Part shown: piece after piece, positions 27,397-34,597 of the stretch
Position numbering within the stretch: position 1 is the stretch's first letter
Layout: each line of letters starts with the position of its first letter
From: an uncultured Bacteroidales bacterium
Lineage (GTDB): Bacteria > Bacteroidota > Bacteroidia > Bacteroidales > CAZZDX01
Length of the DNA stretch: 34,597 nucleotides
Assembly (NCBI GenBank): GCA_964653185.1
Contig: CAZZDX010000002.1
Coordinates: 1-34,597 of the forward strand
Direction: 5' to 3'
Notes under the pieces: generated by a model
Seen by the model: only the letters and a program-made list of their open reading frames with translations
Told to the model about the DNA's origin: nothing
Databases searched by the model: none
Position numbers and translations under genes: made by a program

Positions 27397-28653
27397 TTAT
27401 CTGATTTTCAATGTTATAATAGTTAAGACAGCGAGAAATATTCCAATAATCATAAATCTATTTACTATTTTAGGTTCCGGGCATCCTTTTTTTTGATAAT
27501 GATGATGTAAAGGAGCCATGAGATAGAATCTTTTTCCTTGTCCATTTTTTTTCTTGGTATATTTAAAATAGCTCACTTGAATTATTACAGACAAGCTTTC
27601 TATAAGAAAGGTTCCGCATAGCACAGGCAATAATAGTTCTTTGCGTATCATTATTGCAAATACAGCTATGATACCGCCTATAGCCAAACTTCCTGTATCT
27701 CCCATAAACACCTGAGCCGGATAAGAATTATACCACATAAAGCCGATACATGCTCCTACAAAAGCACTGACAAATACAGTTAGTTCTCCTATATTAGGTA
27801 TATACATTATATTAAGATAATCAGCAAATACAAGATTGCCTGATACCCAAGCCAGTATTCCTAATGTGGCACCGATAATAGCAGAAGAGCTAGTGGCTAA
27901 TCCGTCCAAGCCGTCAGTAAGATTAACACTGTTTGATACAGCACATACTATTAATATAACTATAGGTATAAATATTAGCCATGTAAACCTTTTATAATCA
28001 TTACCGAGCCATGATAACAGGACAGAATAATCAAATTCATTATTTTTAATAAAAGGTATAGTTGTTTTTACTGATTTTACCGGCTCTTTAAATAATGCTT
28101 TAAAAGATTTATCATTATTATTTATGTTTTTTTTTGTCTGTTCCTGATAAGTAATTTTTGATTCAATATGTTTTTCTTTAATGACGATTGAATCATTAAA
28201 ATACATAGTTATACCTATTATTAATCCAAGTCCTATTTGCCCTAATATTTTAAATTTAGCTGCCAAGCCCTTTTTATCTTTTTTAAATACTTTAATATAG
28301 TCGTCAATGAACCCAACTATTCCAAGCCAAACAGTTGAGATAATTATTAAAATTATATATATATTATCCAGTTTTGTAAAAAGCAAAGCAGGTATTAAAA
28401 TAGCTCCGAGTATAATTAGTCCACCCATTGTAGGAGTGCCTTGTTTTTCTTTTTGTCCTTCTAGTCCTAAATCCCTGACAGTTTCTCCTACTTGTTTTCT
28501 TTTTAAGAAATTAATTAATTTTTTTCCGAATAAAATTGTAATAACTAATGAAGTTATAACAGAGAGAGCGGCACGGAATGATATATATTGAAACATTCCT
28601 GCACCCGGGAAGTTAAGTTCCGTGTCTAAATAATTAAATAAGTAATAGAACAT
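27397..28653 (-). CDS. mraY: Phospho-N-acetylmuramoyl-pentapeptide-transferase
   Basis: 418 aa polytopic membrane protein with [21 protein letters not shown] and APLHHHY. Confidence 0.95.
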   Translation of the reverse strand: MFYYLFNYLDTELNFPGAGMFQYISFRAALSVITSLVITILFGKKLINFLKRKQVGETVRDLGLEGQKEKQGTPTMGGLIILGAILIPALLFTKLDNIYIILIIISTVWLGIVGFIDDYIKVFKKDKKGLAAKFKILGQIGLGLIIGITMYFNDSIVIKEKHIESKITYQEQTKKNINNNDKSFKALFKEPVKSVKTTIPFIKNNEFDYSVLLSWLGNDYKRFTWLIFIPIVILIVCAVSNSVNLTDGLDGLATSSSAIIGATLGILAWVSGNLVFADYLNIMYIPNIGELTVFVSAFVGACIGFMWYNSYPAQVFMGDTGSLAIGGIIAVFAIMIRKELLLPVLCGTFLIESLSVIIQVSYFKYTKKKNGQGKRFYLMAPLHHHYQKKGCPEPKIVNRFMIIGIFLAVLTIITLKIR

Positions 28654-28656
28654 ATT

Positions 28657-28783
28657 AATTATGAATTATGAATTATGAATTATAAAGTTTCAAGTTCAAT
28701 CGTTTGTCGTTTATCGTTTCAAGTTTCAAGTTTCAAAGTCCAAAGGCACAAAGTACAAAGTTCAATATTCAAAATTTGTAATT
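28657..28783. repeat. Heptamer mosaic array (18 units), murE-mraY spacer
   Basis: aattatg x3 aattata aagtttc aagttca atcgttt gtcgttt atcgttt caagttt x2 caaagtc caaaggc acaaagt x2 tcaatat tcaaaat ttgtaat. The first block is the inverse of the cataatt words elsewhere. Confidence 0.85.
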
Positions 28784-30292
28784 TCAATCAATCCCTTTAA
28801 CATATTTTTTTAAGGAGGAATTTTTTTTGTCTTTATTATTTAACAAAATATCTTTTAAAATTTGTTTATCATCAAAAGGATATTTAACACCATTTATTTC
28901 CTGATATTTTTCGTGTCCTTTTCCTGCTATTAAGATAATATCTCCTGATTGTGCCAATGCGCAAGCTGTTTTAATTGCCTGTTTCCTGTTAATAATAGAT
29001 ATTACCTTATTATTGTTTGGATTATCTTTTATTCCTTTTTCCATATCATTAATGATATTCTCAGGGTTTTCAGAGCGTGGATTATCAGAAGTAAGTATAA
29101 GTTTATCACTTTTTTCATACGCTATTTCAGCCATTACCGGGCGTTTTGTTTTATCTCTATCTCCTCCTGCTCCTACAACAGATATGATTTGTGTATTTTT
29201 ATTTTTAATTTCACAAATAGTGTTTAAAACATTTTTTAAGGCATCCGGAGTATGAGCATAATCAACAATTGCAATAATATTATCTGGAGTTTTTATAAAA
29301 TCAAATCTACCTTCAACATGATTAAGGTTACTAATAGCTGTTAAGACATCAAGTTTGTCTTTGCCAAGGATAATGGCAGTTGCATAAATTGCCAGTAAGT
29401 TGTAAGCATTAAATTTTCCGACTAATTTGCACCATATATCATTTCCATCAATATTCAGATGTAAGCCGGAAAATTGGTTTTCAATAATTTTAGTTTTAAA
29501 ATCTGCGATATGTGTTAAGCTATAAGTATATTTTTTTGCTTTTGTATTTTGCAATATTATATTTCCATTTTTATCATCTATGTTTGTCAGGGCAAAAGTT
29601 AATTTTGGAAGATTATCAAAGAACATTTTTTTGGTTTTCAGATAATTATGAAATGTTTTATGAAAGTCAAGATGGTCGTGAGTAATATTTGTAAAAATTG
29701 CTCCAGTAAAATTAAGTCCTGCAATTCTGTTTTGAGCAATAGAATGTGAGCTTATTTCCATAAAGCAATAAGAACAATTATTAGTTACCATCTCTTTTAG
29801 CAAAGAGTTTAATTGTAAAGCATCAGGAGTAGTTAAAGTTGATTTTATCTCTTTATCATTGATTTTGTTGTTTATTGTTGAAATCAATCCTGCATTATAA
29901 CCGAGTGAGCGAAACAAATTGTATAATAAAGTTGCTATTGTTGTTTTTCCATTTGTGCCGGTAATGCCAATTAATTTTATTTTGTATGAAGGATTATCAT
30001 AAAAATTTGATGCTATATACGCAAGTGCCAAACTTGTATTTTTAACTTTAACATAAGTTATATCATTTTTCAGATTTTCAGGTAAATTTTCACATACAAT
30101 AGCAATGGCACCATTTTTAATTGCCTGACTAATAAAATTATGTCCGTCTGTTTTTGTTCCTTTAACAGCAATGAACAGTGCTTTGTTAGCAATTTTTCTT
30201 GAATCAAAATTTACAGAACTAATTTTAATATTTGTTGGTCCTGTAATTTTGACTGTTTTAATATTGCCAAGTATGTTTTTTAGTAATTTCAA
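28784..30292 (-). CDS. murE: UDP-N-acetylmuramoyl-L-alanyl-D-glutamate--2,6-diaminopimelate ligase
   Basis: 502 aa. P-loop GITGTNGKTT, and a DNPR motif (TSDNPRSE) indicating meso-DAP specificity. Translation must start at TTG 30292-30290, because a stop lies 5 codons upstream and there is no ATG. Confidence 0.93.
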   Translation of the reverse strand: MKLLKNILGNIKTVKITGPTNIKISSVNFDSRKIANKALFIAVKGTKTDGHNFISQAIKNGAIAIVCENLPENLKNDITYVKVKNTSLALAYIASNFYDNPSYKIKLIGITGTNGKTTIATLLYNLFRSLGYNAGLISTINNKINDKEIKSTLTTPDALQLNSLLKEMVTNNCSYCFMEISSHSIAQNRIAGLNFTGAIFTNITHDHLDFHKTFHNYLKTKKMFFDNLPKLTFALTNIDDKNGNIILQNTKAKKYTYSLTHIADFKTKIIENQFSGLHLNIDGNDIWCKLVGKFNAYNLLAIYATAIILGKDKLDVLTAISNLNHVEGRFDFIKTPDNIIAIVDYAHTPDALKNVLNTICEIKNKNTQIISVVGAGGDRDKTKRPVMAEIAYEKSDKLILTSDNPRSENPENIINDMEKGIKDNPNNNKVISIINRKQAIKTACALAQSGDIILIAGKGHEKYQEINGVKYPFDDKQILKDILLNNKDKKNSSLKKYVKGID

Positions 30293-30358
30293 CTTGTTTA
30301 TAAATTAATTTTTATCTGTATTTCTAATATTTGTGTATATTAAATTTTGTTTAAATTT

Positions 30359-32467
30359 TCAAGACAGATACAGAACAATTTTTTCATTTTTAATAATTTT
30401 AGTTCCATATTTTATTGATTGTTTTTTTACAGTTCCTTTTCCGTTTATTTTAACAGACAATCCCTGATTTTCCAATATATAAACAGCATCTTTCAGTTTC
30501 ATTCCCCTAACATCAGGCACTATGTTATAATCAATAATTTTTTTATAAAATTTCGTCAGGCAAAGGTCTGATGAATTATTTTTTTCTATAATCCATTCGG
30601 AATTAATATCAGGAATATCAGGAGATAATCCAAGGGTTTTGTAAATAATATTAAAATCATTGTTGTTACCAACTTTAGCAATATATGGAGATATTTTATC
30701 AGAATTATTAATAGGTTGTTTATGTGTACATAATGTTGCATATACTTTTTCAGCTATTTTTTTAAATACAGGAGCAGCTACAATACTTCCATAATATTCA
30801 TTTTGAGTAGGATTATTTATAACTACAATGCATGAATATTTTGGATTATCAGCAGGGAAATATCCCACAAATGATGCCTGATATAATTTATTGGTTTTAT
30901 ATTTATATCCATATTCTTTATTAAGAAGCTGTGTAGTTCCTGTTTTTCCTGCTATTTTGAAGCTATCATTTTTGATATTTTTTGCTGTGCCATTTTGCAC
31001 AACACCTTCAAGCATTTTTTTAACTTTTGTAATAGTTTTTTTTGAACATATCGAAGGATTAATTATTTGTGGACAATAGGATTTGATAATTTTGCCATGA
31101 TATTGAACTGACTTAACGAATCTAGGTTTTACCATTTTTCCATCATTAGCAACAGCATTATAGAATGTAAGTATTTGCAAAGGTGTTAATCTAACTTCAT
31201 AACCTATTGACATTTGTGGTAAAGTAACGCCTGACCATAAAGAATCTGACAGTGATTTTATAAGAGGAGAACCTTCGCCTGATATTTCAGTTCCTGTTTT
31301 TTTGTTTAGGTTCATTTTACAAAGAGCATCAACAAATTTTTGTTCTTTTTTATAATAATATTTAGTAATAATTTTTGATATTCCAATATTTGAAGATACT
31401 TCAAATGCCATTTTTACTGTAATCTTACCATATCCGCCATATTTATCATCTTTCATTTTATGGTCATAATAATAAAAGAGTCCTTCTCCTGTTTCAACAC
31501 TATCTGTTAGATTAACATAGCCATCTTCAATAGCAGTAATTAAAGAAGCCAACTTAAATGTTGAGCCAGGTTCAGTACTTTCGCCTATAGCATAATTATA
31601 TGATTCATGATACTCGCCTTCATTATTTTTTTTCAAATTTGCTATTGCCTTAATATCTCCTGTTTTTATTTCCATCAGGACTGCTGTTCCGTGGTCGGCA
31701 TCATATTTTTTTAATTGTGATAGCAAAGCATTTTCAGTTATATCTTGTATGTTTATATTAATAGTTGTAAATATATCTTTCCCATTTTCCGGTTCTATTT
31801 GATTTTCATCATTAATGGGTATCCATACTCCTCCGGATATTTTTCGTTCTAAATTTTTTCCATTAACACCTTTCAGTATCTTGCTATAAGCTCCTTCTAA
31901 TCCTACATGATATCCCGGTCTGTCATAACCAATTGTTCTTGAAGCTAACATTTTAAAAGGCATTTTTCGTTTGTCTTTTTTAATAACAATCATTCCACCT
32001 CTATATCTCCCAAGTTTAAGTATTGGAAAAGATCTCATTTCTTTTAGCTGGTCATAAGTTATATCTCTTTTTATTAAAAAATATTTATTATCTTGTTTTC
32101 TGGCATTTATAAGAGCATTTCTATACTGTGTTTTAGTTTTATCTTTAAAAAGTGTTGACAAGCAACAAGATAAAGAATTAATTTGTTTATAAAAAACTTT
32201 ATCTTCAATATTTGATATTAAGTCAATTCTTACATCAAAAAAAGGCAAAGAAGTAGCAAGTAGATTTCCATCATCAGAATATATATTTCCTCTGTTAGCT
32301 TTAATATCAAAATATTTTAAAGTTGAATTTTTTGATTTATTTATCCATTGTTCACCTTCAACAAACTGTATTTTAATAACTTTTCCTATTATCACAAAAG
32401 CAAATAATAGCACACACAGGTATATTAAATAAATTCTCCATAATATGTCTTTTTTAATATCTTTCAT
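30359..32467 (-). CDS. ftsI: Penicillin-binding protein 3-type transpeptidase FtsI with C-terminal PASTA domain
   Basis: 702 aa with an N-terminal TM anchor. Transpeptidase motifs are SxxK (GSTFKL), SxN (SSN) and KTGT (GKTGTTQ). The C-terminus has a PASTA-like VPDVRGMKLKDAVYILENQG. Confidence 0.93.
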   Translation of the reverse strand: MKDIKKDILWRIYLIYLCVLLFAFVIIGKVIKIQFVEGEQWINKSKNSTLKYFDIKANRGNIYSDDGNLLATSLPFFDVRIDLISNIEDKVFYKQINSLSCCLSTLFKDKTKTQYRNALINARKQDNKYFLIKRDITYDQLKEMRSFPILKLGRYRGGMIVIKKDKRKMPFKMLASRTIGYDRPGYHVGLEGAYSKILKGVNGKNLERKISGGVWIPINDENQIEPENGKDIFTTININIQDITENALLSQLKKYDADHGTAVLMEIKTGDIKAIANLKKNNEGEYHESYNYAIGESTEPGSTFKLASLITAIEDGYVNLTDSVETGEGLFYYYDHKMKDDKYGGYGKITVKMAFEVSSNIGISKIITKYYYKKEQKFVDALCKMNLNKKTGTEISGEGSPLIKSLSDSLWSGVTLPQMSIGYEVRLTPLQILTFYNAVANDGKMVKPRFVKSVQYHGKIIKSYCPQIINPSICSKKTITKVKKMLEGVVQNGTAKNIKNDSFKIAGKTGTTQLLNKEYGYKYKTNKLYQASFVGYFPADNPKYSCIVVINNPTQNEYYGSIVAAPVFKKIAEKVYATLCTHKQPINNSDKISPYIAKVGNNNDFNIIYKTLGLSPDIPDINSEWIIEKNNSSDLCLTKFYKKIIDYNIVPDVRGMKLKDAVYILENQGLSVKINGKGTVKKQSIKYGTKIIKNEKIVLYLS

Positions 32468-32485
32468 TATGTTTATACCGTTGGA

Positions 32486-32521
32486 TCAGGCATTCGTCAG
32501 TAGCCGAACATGATTGCCTGA
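32486..32521. repeat. tcaggc...gcctga REP-like element (long form) in the ftsL-ftsI spacer
   Basis: tcaggcattcgtcagtagccgaacatgattgcctga matches 2367-2402 except for 2 positions. The 7-bp terminal arms are tcaggca / tgcctga. Confidence 0.7.
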
Positions 32522-32558
32522 CGGCATTTATATTTTCGTAATTAGTTCATTATTAATT

Positions 32559-32607
32559 GATTACGGATTACAAATTTTGAATTTCAAGTATTTTAAGCAT
32601 TTTGAAT
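32559..32607. repeat. Weak heptamer array in inverted orientation
   Basis: gattacg gattaca aattttg aatttca agtattt taagcat tttgaat. The stretch gattacggattaca is the reverse complement of tgtaatccgtaatc at 20301-20314. Confidence 0.5.
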
Positions 32608-32609
32608 TA

Positions 32610-32978
32610 TTAATTATTATGTAAAAAAATTTTAATAGGAGGAAGTTTTGGCTCCTTTAAATCAATTCCTTTCTGTTCAAGTTGTTTTATTATTTCTGAT
32701 TGTTTACTTTTGAACATCAGGTTTGATTTTGTAGTTATATATTCATATCTTAATTCTTTAAGTTGGTTTTTAACTGTATAAGTATTTCGTATTGTTTTTT
32801 CTGCATAATATGTATTTCCTATATATAGTATAGCGAGAAAAGTCAAATAAAAAATGAATGGCAAGAATTCTATAACATTTTTTTGTAATAAGATATTTCC
32901 GCCAAGCAACATTTGAAAAATTTTTTTCAATCCTGTTTTTTTTTCTTTCCTTACTGTATTATTTATATTATCTGTCAT
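32610..32978 (-). CDS. ftsL: FtsL-like cell division protein (Bacteroidetes type)
   Basis: 122 aa with a single TM helix (FLPFIFYLTFLAILYI) followed by a coiled-coil-like segment. It lies between rsmH and ftsI. Confidence 0.65.
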   Translation of the reverse strand: MTDNINNTVRKEKKTGLKKIFQMLLGGNILLQKNVIEFLPFIFYLTFLAILYIGNTYYAEKTIRNTYTVKNQLKELRYEYITTKSNLMFKSKQSEIIKQLEQKGIDLKEPKLPPIKIFLHNN

Positions 32979-32984
32979 TATTTA

Positions 32985-33881
32985 TTAAATTTTTTCTGCT
33001 ATCCTTAATTTTGCACTTTTGCATCTGCTATTGTCAAATATTTCGTCTTGTTTTGGGACAATAGGTTTTTTATTTATTTTTTTAAATGGTATTAAAGAAT
33101 TTCCAAAGAAATCTTTTTTAATTATACCTTCAAAATTTCCTGATTTAATAAAATTTTTTACTAATCTATCTTCTAATGAATGGTATGAAATGACAACTAA
33201 TCTTCCATGAGTGTTTAGCACATCAGTTGTTTGCAATAACATTTCTTTTAAGGCGTTTAATTCGTCATTTACTTCTATTCTTAATGCCTGAAATACCTTG
33301 GCATAATATTTATTCTCTTTTCCTTTTTTAACACAAGAAGCGATTATTATTTTAAGTTGACTTGTTGTCTTTATATATTTTTTGTTTCTATTATTTATAA
33401 TATTTTTTGCAAGATTTGAGGCATTTTTGATTTCTCCAAATTCAAAAAATATTGTCTTTAGCTTTTCATAAGTGTACTCATTAACAATTTTCATTGCTGT
33501 AAGTTTTTTATCTTTATCCATTCTCATATCAAGGTCTCCATCAAATCTTGTAGAGAAACCTCTTTCGGGAGTATCAAATTGATATGAAGAAACGCCTAAA
33601 TCTGCTATTATACCATCAACAGGAACAGCTTTATAAAACTTTAAAAAATTTTTTATATATTTAAAATTTTGTTTTAATAATATAAATCTACTATCACCAA
33701 TTTTATTTTTTATAGCATCTTGATCCTGGTCAAAAGCAATAAGTTTGCCCGTGGTTAATTTCTTAAGTATTTCTTTAGAATGTCCTCCTCCTCCAAATGT
33801 AGTATCTACATAAGTTCCATCAGGTTTAATTGCCAAACCCTCTATGCTTTCTTCTAATAATACCGGTTTATGATACATCAT
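32985..33881 (-). CDS. rsmH: 16S rRNA (cytosine1402-N4)-methyltransferase
   Basis: Contains YHKPVLLEES, DTTFGGGGHS and DLGVSSYQFD. I prefer the Met at 33881 (MMYHKPVLL), 1 nt after the mraZ stop; the ORF track starts at 33908. Confidence 0.93.
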   Translation of the reverse strand: MMYHKPVLLEESIEGLAIKPDGTYVDTTFGGGGHSKEILKKLTTGKLIAFDQDQDAIKNKIGDSRFILLKQNFKYIKNFLKFYKAVPVDGIIADLGVSSYQFDTPERGFSTRFDGDLDMRMDKDKKLTAMKIVNEYTYEKLKTIFFEFGEIKNASNLAKNIINNRNKKYIKTTSQLKIIIASCVKKGKENKYYAKVFQALRIEVNDELNALKEMLLQTTDVLNTHGRLVVISYHSLEDRLVKNFIKSGNFEGIIKKDFFGNSLIPFKKINKKPIVPKQDEIFDNSRCKSAKLRIAEKI

Positions 33882-33882
33882 T

Positions 33883-34347
33883 TTATATATCAGAATTATT
33901 TTTATCACCCATAACTTCTTCGGCTAATGCACCAAAATCAACAGATTCATCAAAGACAGTTTTCTCATATTTATCTTTATCCCATATTTCAATTCTATTG
34001 ACAGCAGAAGACAAAACAATGTTCTTTTTAATCTCACTAAATTTTATAAGGTCTTTTGGTATTAATAATCTTCCGTTTATATCCAACTCCACTATTCTTA
34101 CTCCTGCCATAAATATTCTTATAAAGTCATTATTTTTTTTAATAAATCGGTTTAGTTTATTTATTTTTACAATCTCTTTGCTCCACTCTGCCATTGGATA
34201 TAATTCCAGACATTTATTAAATACACTTTTTTTGATAACAAATCCATTGTTGATAACTGCTGATAATTGTTTTTTTAGAGTAGCAGGAAACATCAATCTA
34301 GACTTTGTATCTGCCTTACATTCATATACTCCGATGATATTTATCAT
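33883..34347 (-). CDS. mraZ: Transcriptional regulator MraZ
   Basis: 154 aa. It has two MraZ/SpoVT-AbrB-type repeats with DxxxR motifs (DTKSRLMFP, DINGRLLIP) and is the first gene of the dcw cluster. Confidence 0.93.
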   Translation of the reverse strand: MINIIGVYECKADTKSRLMFPATLKKQLSAVINNGFVIKKSVFNKCLELYPMAEWSKEIVKINKLNRFIKKNNDFIRIFMAGVRIVELDINGRLLIPKDLIKFSEIKKNIVLSSAVNRIEIWDKDKYEKTVFDESVDFGALAEEVMGDKNNSDI

Positions 34348-34387
34348 TATTTTATAATTTAAAAGCGTAAATATATAAAAACTTTTC

Positions 34388-34414
34388 CCACTTTATACCA
34401 CTTTATACCACTTT
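34388..34414 (-). promoter_or_regulatory. Putative MraZ operator: three AAAGTGG direct repeats at 10-bp spacing
   Basis: The minus strand reads AAAGTGGTATAAAGTGGTATAAAGTGGGAA (plus-strand ccacttt at 34388-34394, 34398-34404 and 34408-34414). The proximal box ends about 40 nt upstream of the mraZ ATG. Confidence 0.6.
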
Positions 34415-34536
34415 TTTTTAAATTGTTAATAACTTTTTTTTGCTCAAAAGTGTAATTGCTTAATATACAGACGATTATATAATAAATAAAAATATCTGAT
34501 TTAGAATATATTTTTTTGTTAGATAAGGAAATTGAA

Positions 34537-34597
34537 ATTTTTGTAACCGTTCACAGTTTAAAATTTCATAACTGTTAATTGACCTAATTTCTAATTG
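34537..34597. mobile_element. Left end of a second copy of the MITE-like element (cut by the window edge)
   Basis: ttgtaaccgttcacagtttaaaatttcataactgttaattgacctaatttctaattg versus 14999-15055 gives 54/57 identical by eye. Confidence 0.6.

Noticed and set aside
20199-28783. Possibility that the tandem arrays are CRISPR arrays
   Set aside because: The units are 7-10 bp and directly abutting, with no unique spacers. No cas genes are in the window.
1-34597. Sigma-54 (-24/-12) promoter that could be the target of the local enhancer-binding protein
   Set aside because: The few TGGCAC occurrences (for example at 14832, and the minus strand near 8250) lack a TTGC element at the correct spacing and lie inside coding regions.

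Overview
Strongly AT-rich chromosomal segment, most likely from a Bacteroidota genome. Supporting this are gldJ, a PorP/SprF-family T9SS gene, a Bacteroidetes-type FtsL, a TTTG-N19-TAnnTTTG promoter, and the absence of a Shine-Dalgarno at the gene starts I checked apart from rplI and the 415-aa orphan. Almost all genes are on the minus strand. The right half (18.5-34.3 kb) is a dcw cluster: mraZ-rsmH-ftsL-ftsI-murE-mraY-murD(fragment)-ftsW-murG-murC-ftsQ-ftsA-ftsZ. The left half carries thiL, a TlpA-like thioredoxin-fold protein, coaD, a porP/sprF-family gene, gldJ, murF, a sigma-54 response regulator without an HTH, a CCG-domain Fe-S protein, yigZ, rpsF-rpsR-rplI, a single-chain methylmalonyl-CoA mutase, a 415-aa orphan protein and a small lipoprotein. 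I saw no rRNA, tRNA or CRISPR. The coding content is ordinary; the non-coding DNA is not. (1) Nearly every intergenic spacer inside the dcw operon is 110-270 bp long. These spacers are filled with register-locked 7-bp (some 9-10-bp) tandem-repeat mosaics built from a shared word vocabulary. (2) One such array sits exactly where the 5' two-thirds of murD should be, leaving only the MurD C-terminal domain as an ORF. (3) Two decayed IS200-like/RAYT tyrosine-transposase remnants are each bracketed by a perfect 28-bp inverted pair of GC-rich hairpins, the REP-RAYT architecture. Several other REP-like palindrome families, some nested inside one another, and a MITE-like element with a second copy at the window edge are also present. 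(4) A three-box AAAGTGG direct repeat with 10-bp spacing upstream of mraZ looks like the MraZ operator. All calls come from reading the sequence and translations by eye; no database search was run.
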